The position numbers were made by a program, and so were the translations under genes. Below, piece after piece: positions 51,005-64,000 of a DNA stretch of 64,000 nucleotides. How positions within the stretch are numbered: the stretch's first letter is position 1; every line of letters starts with the position of its first letter. Source of the stretch: Chiloscyllium plagiosum. Taxonomy: Eukaryota. The stretch spans positions 13,740,485-13,804,484 of the forward strand of contig NC_057753.1 in the NCBI RefSeq assembly GCF_004010195.1. Reading direction: 5' to 3'. Under the pieces are notes generated by a model that made no database searches, had not been told where the DNA came from, and was given only the letters and a program-made list of their open reading frames with translations.

Positions 51005-51553
51005 TACATAGAACATAGAACATAGAAGAATACAGCGCAGTACAGGCCCTTTGGCCCTCGATGTTGCGCGATCCAAGCCCACCTAACCTATACTAACCCA
51101 CTATCCTCCATATACCTATCCAATGCCTGCTTAAATGCCCATAAAGAGGGAGAGTCCACCACTGCTACTGGCAGGGCATTCCATGAACTTACGACTCGCT
51201 GAGTGAAGAACCTACCAACTTCAGTCCTATATCTACCCCCCCCCCCTTAATTTAAAGCTATGCCCCCTTGTAATACCCGACTCCATACGCGGGAAAAGGT
51301 TCACACTGTCAACCCTATCTAACCCCCTAATCATCTTGTACACCTCAATCAAGTCACCCCTAAACCTTCTTTTCTCTAATGAAAACGGCCCCAAGTGTCT
51401 CAGTCTTTCCTCATACGATCTTCCTTCCATACCAGGCAACATCCTGGTAAACCTCCTCTGCACCCGTTCCAGTGCCTCCACATCCTTCCTATAGTATGGC
51501 GACCAAAACTGCACACAATATTCCAGATGCGGCCGCACCAGAGTCTTATACCA
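51005..51553 (-). mobile_element. Young CR1 LINE 3' fragment
   Basis: Intact ORF2 C-terminus YKTLVRPHLEYCVQFWSPYYRKDVEALERVQRRFTRMLPG, with a (ttctatg)n tail. Confidence 0.93.
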
Positions 51554-53835
51554 TTGGTAGTTCGACTGCGGCGGGGGTAGAGTGGCGTGAGGACTAGGCA
51601 CATATTGCTCATACAAGTATTTGTTCCTTCTTGGGAGACTAATTCAGAAGATTTGCAACATGCCTTTGTGCAAACAGCAGCAATACATTATGTCACACAT
51701 TCAATCGAAGTGCCTGACTTCTATGTCCACAGACATGTGAGCAGTTCTCTGAAACACACACCCACACACATATGCAAATACACACATCTACGCACACGCA
51801 TGTGCCTTCTCCCAAACGTCCTCCTTTTGGCTCGATCACAGCCTGTGAGGTCTATGTCATTTCTTCATCAGTGCCGTCAACTGCGAGGTGAATACATTAT
51901 TTACATTTGAATTGGCATTGGGCTGTAACTGAAATCCTCAGTAATTGTCAAACAGAGGGTTGGTCTAATAGGTTTTGTCAGACTAGAATGTGCTTAAGAG
52001 AGCCAACGTCAATTTAATTGCACTTTCGATACTTTAATGTCAAAGCATTTTGACACATATGTTTGCAAATGCTTGAACAAAAGCACATTTTCTAATCACC
52101 TAAAGCTGTCATTTGGCTTCAGATATTAATCTTTGGACAGAACAAACGAATGGAAGGTGTGGAAGATGGAAAACGATATTACAGTGGGAATGAAAATGGT
52201 CCTGCGATCTGATTTCTGTAGCAACTTACTGCAATAGCTTTGGAGATAAATGGCAATAAAATAGATGAGTAAGTGCTTAAAATGCTTATGTGCTTTTCTA
52301 CATCAAATCCGTTTCTCATCTGAGCGATAACATTAAACCCTGTTTTTCAAACCCTGCTGACATTGAGCATTTGTTAACAGGATTCCCCTCGACTCACTTT
52401 GTTTTTACAGGGAATGGTAATCAAGTTAACATTAAATAAATGAAAAGTTTCGAGGCTGCAGGTTCCATTCTCTCGCCCATCTGACGATTATGAATCAGTA
52501 AGTATAGTTTGCTCAGGCAGAAAGAAGGACATTGTTCAGTAAGTCAAAGCAAAGCAACGTTTTATATGTAAACCCTTGTCCAATAGGTGCTTGAAATTTC
52601 ATTCACTAAACTGATTTGTAGTAACTACATCAACATTAGTTCAGTGTATTGTTGGAACCAGCTTTTGTAAACCATTCCAGAGTCCCAACACTACAAAGAT
52701 AGCAGCAGTCATGAATTCAGCTTAACAACACTTTCTCCAGGGCAGTAAGAGGTTGCCAATAAATATTGGTATATCCCTCAAACCATACGCTCTGTGGTTA
52801 CAGATTTCTCTAAAACTGGATATCTCCTGATAATGGCATGAGCTGTGTTGAACGATGGCTCAGTGGTGAGCCGGCCACATCACACTGCTACTAATCTGGG
52901 CTCGATTTCACAATCAAGCGACTGTCTCTATGGACAGTCCAGGCGTGTGCATGCTTACTTAGGATGCAGTGTTAAGATAAAGGCTGAGATATAGGTGGAA
53001 TGTTCTTCAGAGCGTCAATATGCATTCGCCGAGCTGAACAGCCTGCTTCACACTGTACGAATGGTACGGTTCGAATGTTGGGTATTACCATTCTTGGCCA
53101 GACAATTCATTTTGTGGGTTGTCACAGTATCTGGTTATGTTATACTTGGCAGAATTGCCCTGATGACAAACGCCTGTGTATTTCAGGTTCCCTAGCTCAG
53201 CGATAATGCACCAGTCTTATAAATCAATGTTTGTAAGTTTGATTATCACTAGCTATTTGCTTGAGTGTCTACATCCTTGATGCCTTCAAGAGTAAAGTAA
53301 AGAATATTTCTAAAATTTTGCGATGGTACTAACAGGACGATGATGTTTCCTCTACGGAATGAGAATGATCTGACTGAGCTTGGAGTTCTTGTTTGCCCTT
53401 CCAGGAAGTCATTGGTTAACACGAGGTATCAGTCAGATCGCAGATTGGTCAACTGCAAAGCAGCGTGAGCGTCAGGTGCTCGCTGAAACAACGTTTGTCA
53501 CAGGGTTCCCGGGTCAAGTCCGGATGTGCGTAGTAACTCCAAGCAGGTTGATTAGAATATAATGAAAGCAGCTGTAACAATGCGATGATAATATCAGGAA
53601 ATCTAAGGCAGGAAATTTGACGTCTTCTAGAAAATGTACAATCACATGTCTGAACAGGTTGTTGAGAGAATTTACAGGCGAGCATTGCACTTGACGTGAA
53701 GGGCTTCCATCTGAGCAGGCAAACGTCGTTACGCTCTTTGTTAGCAAAAAATGGCAGAGGTACATTTTGTCTATTCAAAAGTGCGACTTCTGATCGGCCG
53801 AATGCACCTGCTTGTTTGCAAACAAGCCAATGTGA

Positions 53836-54263
53836 TTTTACAGTAGATAGATGATAGGAAGTTTCATTCATTACAGTCTGACTGTTTGATCCATCTAAAT
53901 TAAAGTTAAAAGTGAGAGGATAAAATGATTCAGTGGTAAATGTCCAAAGGAAACGGTCATCAATTGAAAAGTAAATGGGCACAAAAAAACCCTTAAAAAC
54001 CCCACAAAAAAACAATTCACCTGGCCTTCACATCTTTGGACGGTGGGAGGAAACCGGAGCACCCGGAGGAAACCCACGCAGATATAGGGAGAACGTGCAA
54101 ACTCCACACAGTCAGTCGCCTGAGGCGGGAATTGAACCCGGGCCTCAGGCAGCAGTACTAACCACTGTGCCCACTTTATCCTCTCACTTTTAACTTTAAT
54201 TTAGATGGATCAAACAGTCAGACTGTAATGAATGAAACTTCCTATCATCAATCTACTGTAAAA
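53836..54263. repeat. 92-bp inverted repeat (53836-53927 / 54172-54263) enclosing a SINE
   Basis: The arms are reverse complements with 2 mismatches seen. Confidence 0.9.
54012..54171 (-). mobile_element. Truncated HE1/V-SINE-type SINE
   Basis: Minus strand ggcacagtggttagtactgctgcc...gtggagtttgcacgttctcccc...gtgggtttcctccgggtgctccggtttcc. Confidence 0.88.
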
Positions 54264-55499
54264 ACATAGGTTAGGGTTTAATAATTTGAAATTTCACTGT
54301 ATACCCTGACATTCTCGTTTTCCATAATTTATGCTTTTCTCCAACCAAACTTCCGCTTCATATGTTCCTCAGCCGTTTAACAGATGCAGCATGTGGACAG
54401 ATTTCACAACACATAGTCATAAGTTTTTGCACCACCTCATTGAACAGTAACCAAGAGCCGCCCAATCCTTCCCCTCTCCTTCATGTTGGCATTTTTTCAG
54501 CCCACAGATTTCATTTGCTATTTTCACTGTGTTTTGAACTTCTTAGTGCAGAGATTGCTTCTTCTTGTTCATTTCTGTCATTTATTAGATTAACAGTGAA
54601 TTGAAACAGGGATTTGTGACTCCGCATTGACTGAACTTTTCTGGCGGGAAAGACAGATAGACACAGGACGTATTAATCAAAATAATTCCGTACTCCATCC
54701 TCATCATTAGTTCACGGCCGATTGGGTTTTTGTTCCCAGTAAAACTCCATTCTTCCAATCTTTGCTTTAAAGTCTCTTACAAGAGTAATGATGCAGTGAA
54801 GATGTTAAGATGATTATACTGATCTAAATGAACGTAATTCTGACTGTTGATGTAACTGCCACATGGTTATTGCAGCTACAGGAAATAGTGCAACATTCAA
54901 TTGTTAGTAAAACTGTTAACGACGAAATTGATAGCACATAAAAATAAAGCTTGAACACAAAAAAATCACACCAGTTCTGATATAGCCTGCATCTTTGGCA
55001 TGCTCTACAATTCACGATTTGGTTCATTGTAGAGAATTGGAGCATGAATGATAGAATCACGAATTGGTTTTTACTCCATATTTAATAGAAAAGCGAAAAT
55101 TAACAAAGTAATATTTGGCACTACCCTGAACTCTGACAATGAAATCTTGTGAAACACACGACGTTGCAAACACACAGCAGATCCCAATCAAAACTCCACA
55201 ATTAGAATTCGATGCATTCGTGATCAGATCGTGCCGTCATGCCATGAAACTAGCAAAATATGTTTAAGGTGAAGTGGCAGTAGCTCTCAAACCGAATGTA
55301 ACGTTCAACCGACGTTTGTTCAATGATCCTTCAGAGGTTTCTTCATTATGAGATAATTATTTCGTCCCATTTAGTTTTACATTGCCACGTCCACTGAAGC
55401 CTACTTTCCAATCTAATACACAACAAGCCGTTCTAAGAAAATATCCTAAATGCGTTGTATGTGTTCTACATCTAGGTTACTTCAGCCGTTTGACATTTA

Positions 55500-58280
55500 C
55501 AGTATTTAGAATAGTGGGAATGGAGGTTAGGGAGGTTGAATGTTCCTCTTGCAGAATGTGAAAGTTAAGGGTCATCATCAGTTTCCATACTGACTTAATC
55601 TGCCAGAAGTCACCTAACTCCATCTCCTCGAAACCCGCGTTGGGGAACTGAAGCTGGAGCTGGATGAACTTCGGAACATTCAGGAGACAGAGTGGGTTAT
55701 CGAGAGTAGTTACAGGAAGGTAGCTGCATATCAGGTACAAGAAGAAGGTAGATGGGTTACCGTCAGTTGATTGAAAGGGAACTGGCCGACAGTGCAGGGA
55801 TTAATAGTGGCCGATCCACTCAACAACAAGTATACCATTTTGCGTACTGTTTTAGGTGTGGGTGTGGGGGAGGGAAATTTCCAAGCGTGAGCAATGGAGC
55901 ACAGGTCTCTTGCACAGAGTCTGTTCTTGTTACTCACAAGGAAAATGGGGAGAGGAGCGGAACATTCGTCATTTAGGAATCCATAGTTGGGGGTTAATAG
56001 GAGATTCTGTGGGAATGAGAGGTAATAACAGCCGGTGTGTTGCTTCCCTGGTGCCACAGTTCGTGACGTGTCTGATTGTGTTTTAGGGACCCTTGAGGGT
56101 GTTGGGGAGCAGCCCCAAGTCATGGTCCACAAGGCACCAACCACACAGGTGGGAAGAGTGGTGGGGATTTAAGACAGAAATTCAGGGAACTAAGGTGCAG
56201 GGTTCGAGCGAGAACATACAGAGTTGTCTCGGGTAGGTGAGGCCTTTACAAACAGGATGGTTTCACCTAAATCAGAGAGGTACCAATATCTGTGAAGGGG
56301 TTGGGGCGTGGCGGGAATTTGCTCATGGTCTTCGGGAGGGTTTAAACTAAATCAGCAGAGGCATGGGAATCAAACTTGTAGTTCCAGTGTACAGTGGTTG
56401 ACAGTGGTGAGATCAGAAATAAGATTTCAAAGTCGCAAGAGGGCACTGGCAAGCATTAAATTGGTTCGAAAAGTGTCTATTCCAACACCAGTAGCATCCA
56501 GAATAAGGTGGGTGAACTTGCAGCATGGTTTGGTGCCTGGGATTTGGATGCTGTGACCATTTCGGAGACATAGGTAGAGCAAGGCCAAGAATAGTTGTTG
56601 CAGGCTCCAGGATTTGGACGTTTCAGTAAGAACAGAGAAGGTGGTAAAAGAGGTGGATGGGGAGTGTGGCATTGTTAATCATGGACAGTATTGCTGTGGC
56701 AGAAAGGTCGTTTGAAGATTCCTCGACTGAGGTAGTATAGGCTGATGTTAGAAACAGGAAAAGAGACGTCACCCAGTTTGGAGTATTCTATAGGCTCCCA
56801 ATAGTTCCAGAGATGAAGTGGCAAGGATAGCAAAGATCATTCTGGTTAGGAACGAGGGTAAAAGGTTAATTATTACGGAGGACTTTAACTTTCCAAATAT
56901 TGTTTGGAAATACCGCAGTTCGACTATTTTAGATGGGTCAGTTTTTGTTCAATATGTGCAGGAGGGTTTCCTGATGCAGTATGTAGAGAGGTATACAAGG
57001 AGCGCGAACATATTGGAATTGGTACTGAGTAATGAAGTCGTCCAGATGTTTGATTTGGAGGTACGTGAGCACTTTGGTGATAATGACCACAATTTGATTA
57101 TGTTTGCTAAGCAATGAAAAAGTATCGGTATATACTACAGGGCAAGAGTTGTAGCTGGGGGAAAGGCAAATGTGATACGATTAGGCAAGATTTAGGATGC
57201 ATAGGATGGGGAAGGAAATTTCCGGAGATGGGCACAATTGAAATGTAGAGCTTATTCAAGGAATAACTACTGTGTGTTCTTGATAGCTATGCACTTGTCA
57301 CGTAGGAAGGAAGTTGTCGTACGTGGGAGACATGGTATATCAACGAAATTGAAGCTTTTGTCAAGAGGAAGATGAATACTCATGTCAGGATGAGACTTTA
57401 AGGCACAGTTGGGGCGCTTGCGACTTACAATTTAGACAGGAAAGACCTAAAGATAGAGCGAAGAAGAGCCACGAGGGGGCATGAGAACTCATCGACGGGT
57501 AGTATCAAGGAAATTCCTAAGGCTTTCACTAGGTACATTAGGAATTAAAGAATGACCAGATAAAGTTTAGGTCCAATCTAGGATAGCAGTGGGAAATTGT
57601 GTGCCGTGTCAGAGTCGATAGGGATAACGCTAAATTAATATATTTCATTAGTATTCACACTGGAAGAAAAGATAGTGATGTGGAGGACAATATTGTATCA
57701 TACACTACTAGACTAGATGAGATTGATGTTCACAAAGAAGAGGTGTGAGCAATTCTGGAAACTGTGAAAATAGAGAAGCCCCTTGTGCCGGATGGATTTT
57801 ATCCAAGGATTTTCTGGGATGCCAGGGAGGGGATTGACGAGCCTTTGGCTTGGATCTTTATGTTATCATTGTCTACAGGAATCGTGCCAGAAGACTGGAA
57901 GAAAGCACATGTTGTTCCCTTATTCAAAAAGGAGCGTGGAGGCAACCCTGGTAATTACAGACCAGTGAACCTTACTTCAATTGCAGATAAAGTGTTGGAA
58001 AAGGCAGAACAGATCGGATTTATAATCTCCTCGATAGAACTAAGTTGATTAGGGATAGTCAAAACGGTTTTGTGAAGGGTAGGTCGTGTCTCACAGACTT
58101 TATTGAGTTTGAAGGTGACTAAGCAGGTGGATGAGGGTAAAGCAGTTGATGTGTTGTGATGCATATGGATTTCATGAAGCCGTTTGAGAAGATTTCCCAC
58201 GGTAGGGTATTACACAAAATACGGAATCATGGGATTGAAGGTGATTAGCGGTTTGGATCGAAAATTGACTATCTGAAAAA
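55500..58280 (+). mobile_element. Degraded CR1 LINE (ORF1, endonuclease, start of RT)
   Basis: ORF1 zinc-finger and esterase remnants (VECSSCRM, VCCFPGA), endonuclease EDFNFPNI..., RT PDGFYPRI...VPEDWKKAHVVPLFKK. Confidence 0.88.
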
Positions 58281-59273
58281 ACTTACGACTGATTTGAATC
58301 TGTCACTGAGTTAAGGTCTGAAGCTTCAGAAATCACGCCTCAAAAATGTGTGGAGGAGGCAATGGGCTCTTATTTACAATTCTGATCGTATTTTCACCTT
58401 TATTGGTGCACCAGGTAGGAAATGGATCTGCAATACGTTCTTTACCTTTTGTTTTGTAAATTTGCATGAAATTAATTTCTTCCCTTCCATGAGCCATATT
58501 TTCTTCCCAGCTTTCAACTCTCTCGGAGTATAAGCAATTTCAAAGAATTTACAATGGATATTGTCGTATTAAATGACATCAGATGATATTGTGGCAACTC
58601 GTAGATCTGGATTTATGTTGCAAAGAAAACGATGTTGTTCAAAATTTTATGCTGTGATGAAACATGAAGAAAATATTGATCGGTTAGATATTTGACAAGA
58701 TAACTTTATAATGTGGTTACAATACTATCTAGTGTATTCAGTGCTCTTTAGAATAATTATATTATTTTTCATGAATAATTATTGTGCAAATATGATCTTT
58801 GAGGTTATTTGTGGAGGCATTTGAAAGCTGTGAGTGGAAGTGCAAGATATTTAAGCAAATGTGTATTTTGGCTTGCCCCGATAGGTGTTGTACATATTTC
58901 TTTTACTTTGGATAATTCACGTTTCTCATCATGAATGAACTTTTGCTGGAAAGGGGAGTATTGGTTGCTTAACTTTAGTTTTAACTTCAGATTAAAGTTT
59001 ACTTTTCTTCATCTCTTGATTTGCTTTTGATGGAGATCTGCTTTGAATGTTTTACGAGCAAATTTGATTTGAATACGAAATAAAATGACACTCAAAAGAT
59101 GACTAGTTAATTTATCTGATAGTTTTTGAGACTTTTTCTGCAGTTTTTTCTTCTTCTTAGCTGTTTCTTTTCTCAGTGTCTGTCTATTTCCTCAGTTCGT
59201 TTCCCGTCTGTGTCAGGGCTTAAATGTTATGCCAACCTGACTCTCTGTGAAGGAATTTTGATGTAAATGTATT

Positions 59274-60032
59274 CTTACGACACGGCGGTAAACCCTTCTG
59301 CTAATTAAACCAAACACCCAGAAGACCTTACCTTGTCTCGTAGTTTGTAAAAGTATGACTAATGGAGAATTCTTAAATTCCTCTATTTGAAGAAAGATTG
59401 CCAATGCATTGTTTAACTCTAAAAGTAAACAATAAACAACAACTATTTGTATCACGAAGCGTTCTTTCTCTTTAAGGATTGTTATCTCCATGCAACTCGA
59501 TAACAATATGCTGCCCCAATTCAACCGTTCTAAAATTACATCAACTTAATCTCAAAATCACACAGCGGCTGTCATCTCCGCTGTCCTACTTCTTCATGTG
59601 GGAGATCGCCCTGGGTCATCTACTGTCTTTGATGGCAAAAATGTTTCATATGTAAAAGGTGCTTTTGATAGCTAGTGTTTTAGCTGGCTGTGTATGTCGA
59701 TGACAGTTGCTATGTGTCTAAATTTCAAACTGTCAAATTGCCAATTTTATCCACCCAACATCGGATTGTCTCATTGGTTCGATATTGGCAAATCAATAAA
59801 TTCAAAATCGATTGTGTCTTTGTATCCTGAGGCATAATTAAAGCATATTGGTCAAATTCAAATTGTTCTAAAAAAATCATGCATCAGTTTCACTGCCAAA
59901 TGTTGCATTTTTTTCAAATTTACAGTGCACTCTGAGAGTACTATCTAGTCAGATGTCATGCGCTTTTAAGCTCCCAGTGCAAAACAACATTCATTCTCTT
60001 AAAAGTACGTACATGCTTTCAAATCCATAGCA
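59274..60032 (-). mobile_element. Solo LTR related to the Gmr1-like element
   Basis: The reverse complement matches both ends of the 16961-18357 LTR (ttggtttaattagcagaagggtttaccgccgtgtcgtaa; gtacttttaagag...cttaaaagc). Confidence 0.7.
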
Positions 60033-60319
60033 GTATGTGTTTTATAAAAGCTGTGAGTCTCGTAGCGCAGATACCTCTGACTTTACATGAATATGTGTGC
60101 ATGTGGTTGTATGTCTAACGTTTGTGTATCTCTAAATAAGTGGTTTTTGTGTGTACGAGTTTTTGAGTTGTCTCATTTTCTGCATTAGTTGTTGACATTT
60201 TGTGCGTTCTATACAATGAATTTAAACGTCGATCACTTTACATTTCAAACAAGATTGCTCCTTCTTATCACTGCAGCTTTACTATTTTGTTCATTCCCTG
60301 GATATGCAGAAAATGATCT

Positions 60320-61135
60320 ATTGTTCTTCCAACTTGCGTTCAGATTTGGTGCGGCAGTGGAGGAGGCCAAGGATGGTCATATGGGAAGGGAGTGTGAAGG
60401 GGAATTAAAATGGGCAGTAACTGGGAGGTCAGGTCGACATGCTCGGCGAAATGTGCACTGAGTTTATATTTGGACTCTTCCCGTTGTAGAGTAGACCACA
60501 CCGTGAACACTGGATAATGTAATGTGGTGTGGAGAAGAGGCAGCTGTACTTTTGACTTAATTGGAAGGACTGTTTGAAGCGCTGGATGGAGGCGAATGGG
60601 GGTGTGCTAACAGGTTTTGCAAATTTTCTGAAGTCAGGGAAAGGTACCTGAGTGTTATTGGGGATGGTAACGCAAACCAGCCTTTGGCAAATGGGACAGA
60701 TTTATAGAAGTCAGAGAGGGGTGGGGAGGGGAAGTTGATTTTGGTGCTGGGTCAAACTGGAGCTGGTGGAAATGCGTACGTGTGATATTTTGAATGTGGA
60801 GACTGGAGGGGTGGAAGGTCAGAACATGGGGAACGCTATGTTCATTGCATTTAGGGTGGGATTTAGAGCAGTGGAGCGGGGAAAGGAGGAGGTGCGGCGG
60901 AAGAATGTCTGGATGACAGAAGCAGGAAAAGCGAGTTTTTTCAAAATAGGTGGACATCTGCAATGCTTGGCAGTGGAATGTCTCTTCATCCGGGCAGATG
61001 CTGTGGGGGCAGAGGAATTGGGAGAATGGAATGGAGTTCTTGCACGATACTGAGTGGGAGGAGGTGTAGTACAGGTAGTTATGGGAGTATATGGGCTTTT
61101 GTAAACGTCTGGCTGGAGACTGTCTATTATCCAAT
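60320..61135 (-). mobile_element. Degraded Penelope-like element (RT C-terminus and GIY-YIG)
   Basis: Minus translation HNYLYYTSSHSVSCKNSIPFSQFL...ICPDEETF...VLTFHP. Confidence 0.8.
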
Positions 61136-61569
61136 ATATCACATGTCTTTAATGAAAGTAGTTCATTTTTAAAAATTACGTTGTGACGCAGATTGTCTCG
61201 ACGATTACGATATTTTAAAGGAAAGTAGGTAATTCTACATCATTGTCTATGTTAAGCAAAAACGCATTTTGGGTTTCAAAGGGGAGACAGGTGTTTACAA
61301 TGTATTACCAAACAGTGAGGAACTGGATGATCTTCCGGGATTGAACAAATTTGGGAATTTTACACTTCAAGGGAAACCATACACCCGATTCGAGGAAAGG
61401 TTACTTGAGACATCGTGAAGTACGGTCATGAACAATTAGGAAGGAAGGAAAGAAGGAAAGAATAAAGGAAGGAAGGAAGGAAGGTGGGTAGGTAGCTTAA
61501 ACTGACCATTTCCTGAATGAAAAGTAAGTGCTGCACTTTGAGACACAGGCATGAAACTAAGCAGTGTGT

Positions 61570-62438
61570 GAAGTTTCACTAAAAATTTGCTGAGTGTGGT
61601 GAAGTGATACATCAGTATTTTGAGCTCGTCGTGGAACGTATTCTGAGATACTGCGTAGATGAATATGTTGTTGTGGGGATAAAGTCGCTGGAACATGTCA
61701 TTTATCTCTTTCAGGATGCAGTCTACATTTTGGAAATCCAGGCAGTTGAAGTCTATATCACCTTTACACCGAAGGAGAAGGAAATATCCCAATTCAGTGA
61801 CTAACAGCAGTAGGAAGCTGACTGAGATGGTAAGAGCAGGGTGATGGATCTCCTGCGACATTTTATCCGTGCCACACACAACATTTTCAAATATCTTGCG
61901 GGCTTTGCTGGCGGCTAGGTATGTCATACAATCAAGAGAGTAAGCAGCAGGTTAAGCAGATAGAGTAGAAAGGGGGTTTAAAATGCATTCCATCTAATCA
62001 TAGGTCTGCCTGGTGTGTAAAGTATAAAAGTTGAATTTGATGTCACACAAACAGAATGCGCTATCCAGAACATATAGGGACGTTTTTGACACAGCTCAGG
62101 ATATAGACCAGTCCAATGTCCAGCGATGTAATTTTCTCGATGCAGTATCTGCTCTTCAGGCATGAGCTGCAAATGGACACAAAATTTTCGACAGTGAAGG
62201 CTACAGACAGACATACTGAGCTCTCTCGATTGCAGCGCACCAGGATTATGCTCTGCCTGCGTACAGAGGTAGTGGAGATTACTCTGTAAGCAAAGTAGAC
62301 GTGGCTGATCCGATTGAGGATGCACCCAGTGATGATGACAAAAGAAAACAGACACGGTTACTGCCACGAGATAGTAGGTTACTTACCTGGAGAGACCGCA
62401 TGGTCTGCGGGATAGTGTTATAATTGACATCAAGTTTG
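61570..62438 (-). pseudogene. GPR139-like class A GPCR pseudogene (main coding exon), copy 2
   Basis: After the acceptor tctcacag: ANLMSIITLSRRPCGLSR*VTYYLVAVTVS...VAFTVENFVSICSSCLKSRYCIEK...YLAASKARK...TISVSFLLLLVT...NNIFIYAVSQNTFHDELK. Stops and frameshifts are present. Confidence 0.85.
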
Positions 62439-64000
62439 CTGTGAGAAACAGTAGGTTTACTCGTAAAATGTAAGTTGCAATATCTATACTTCATATCACA
62501 TGTAATTTTATCAGACGGATGTTGCTCAATTGAGTTCAATGATGAGCAGCTACTTCAGCCAATCTGACATGGAAACCCTCCTCGTCTGAACTTGTGTTAT
62601 CTCCAGCCTCCAAATACATAAATTATTTGGTAATAGTTCAGTGTTTCATGTTGAATTACAAATTTGTCAATATCAGGTACCTTGCAGTCAGAGCCTTCCT
62701 CTACCAACGCTGTTCTCAAGTCAATTTTTCAATTCCAGTAGTGGACCTATCCAAATTATTAGATAAATAAAATAGTGTGACACATTGCGTATTCATAGCC
62801 AGACCTGTTCTCCTTGAAAAATCTATGCTCCCTGATTATATGAGCATTGGTCTGGTAATCACTCAGCTTTATTAACGTCATTGTTTAATTTGTGAAAGAC
62901 CACATAGATTAATAACTCGTATGCTGTTCCCATCTGATATCTCAAAATAACTGCACTTTTTCAGTTTTTTCGGTCTTATATTAATCACTCTGCTGTGATT
63001 TTAACTGTCGAGATCACATATTCTGCAACTTCCTTACTCACTAGTCTTGTATTATGTCTTCCTCAGGACATTCTCCATGCTGCACAATTCAGTTATGCAA
63101 CAGATTCAACTTGCCTCTCATTTATTCTAACTGAGAGTTCCCAGGGAGAAGCTAAATTGCATCATGCAGCTCAAACGCAGTTCAATGAACAGATTAACAC
63201 ACATCTATGAAACTTCAGTTTGTAACATTGACAAATGAGTAATTCCATTATCTTAAAACAGACTGTTGGCAACGAATGGTTAGGCTGTTATTCCAAATCC
63301 ACTTGTGATAATTAACCTTTTACCCTCGTATCAACTGGCGTTTCTGATGGGAGATGCTGCCTGGACGTCTTACTACTAACCTGAAATTGCCTCTACTCGT
63401 CTTTTCGCTCACGTGCCTAGGTATTCTATAAATTAGGGAATCAGGTTCGTTCATTTAATTCATTTGTTGGTGACGTTATCATATACATATTAATTATCAG
63501 TATATGAATCGTGATTAACAGTGTGCAAAAAGCCAGCATAGAACACAACGAGCCCAATGCAACCACTCCTGCAAAAATGAACAAAATAGAAAACTTTGTG
63601 TCTCCAACCAAGCCACACAGGCAGAAATTGTATTAGAACTTTTGAGAGTGATGGTGGATGCCACAATAATTATCCGGTCTGCTTTGCTCTGACTGCAGTA
63701 TAGCTTCAATGTATGCTTTGTGAGCTATCTGGGAAGGTGGAGAATACTTCATCATACTCTTGTGACTTGCTGAAAATTCATCGTGATTCTCGAATCAGGA
63801 TATAAATTACTCGCTGCAGTATTTCTAGCCTTTGATCTGCTGTTTCAATGGAGAATACATTTTAGTTTTTTGTCAATGGTTGCACTCAGGCTGTTGATCG
63901 TGGGGTAACGTAGCTCAGGCAATGTCACTTCTAAAGGCCCATCGTTAAATTTGGTCGAAAATGATGCTTTCTCCTGCCACTAAGCCAAACAGTCTTGACA

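Noticed and set aside
1-64000. D, J or C segments, CRISPR arrays, tRNA/rRNA genes
   Set aside because: No FGxG J motifs with a 5' RSS, paired-RSS D segments or C exons were noticed by eye. The tRNA-like boxes belong to SINEs, and the sequence is vertebrate.

Overview
Eukaryotic DNA from a cartilaginous fish. The evidence is HE1/V-SINE-type SINEs, shark-type CR1 LINEs, Penelope elements and GPR139-like receptor genes. The window is part of an antigen-receptor variable-gene array, most likely the TCR alpha/delta locus. It holds two intact leader+V segments with 3' recombination signal sequences (RSS) at 4506-4972 and 50171-50678. It also holds four V pseudogenes: ~7.3-7.8 kb (inverted, minus strand), ~11.6-12.0 kb, ~26.9-28.1 kb and ~30.0-32.6 kb, the last with a CR1 LINE inside its leader exon. 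Two GPR139-like 7TM receptor pseudogenes (minus strand, ~39.7-40.6 kb and ~61.6-62.4 kb) are interleaved with the V segments. The rest is mostly transposable elements: a Gmr1-type Gypsy element (integrase before RT, SCAN-like gag), a related solo LTR, many CR1 LINEs, Penelope fragments and hairpin remnants, SINEs and a Tigger-like end. The most notable signals are CTCF-like motifs at a fixed distance behind several V RSSs, a V family with 24-nt RSS spacers, a compact V ending in YYCAK, and the GPCR genes inside the V array. No D, J or C segments were recognised. All calls were made by eye, with no database searches, and repeat boundaries are approximate.
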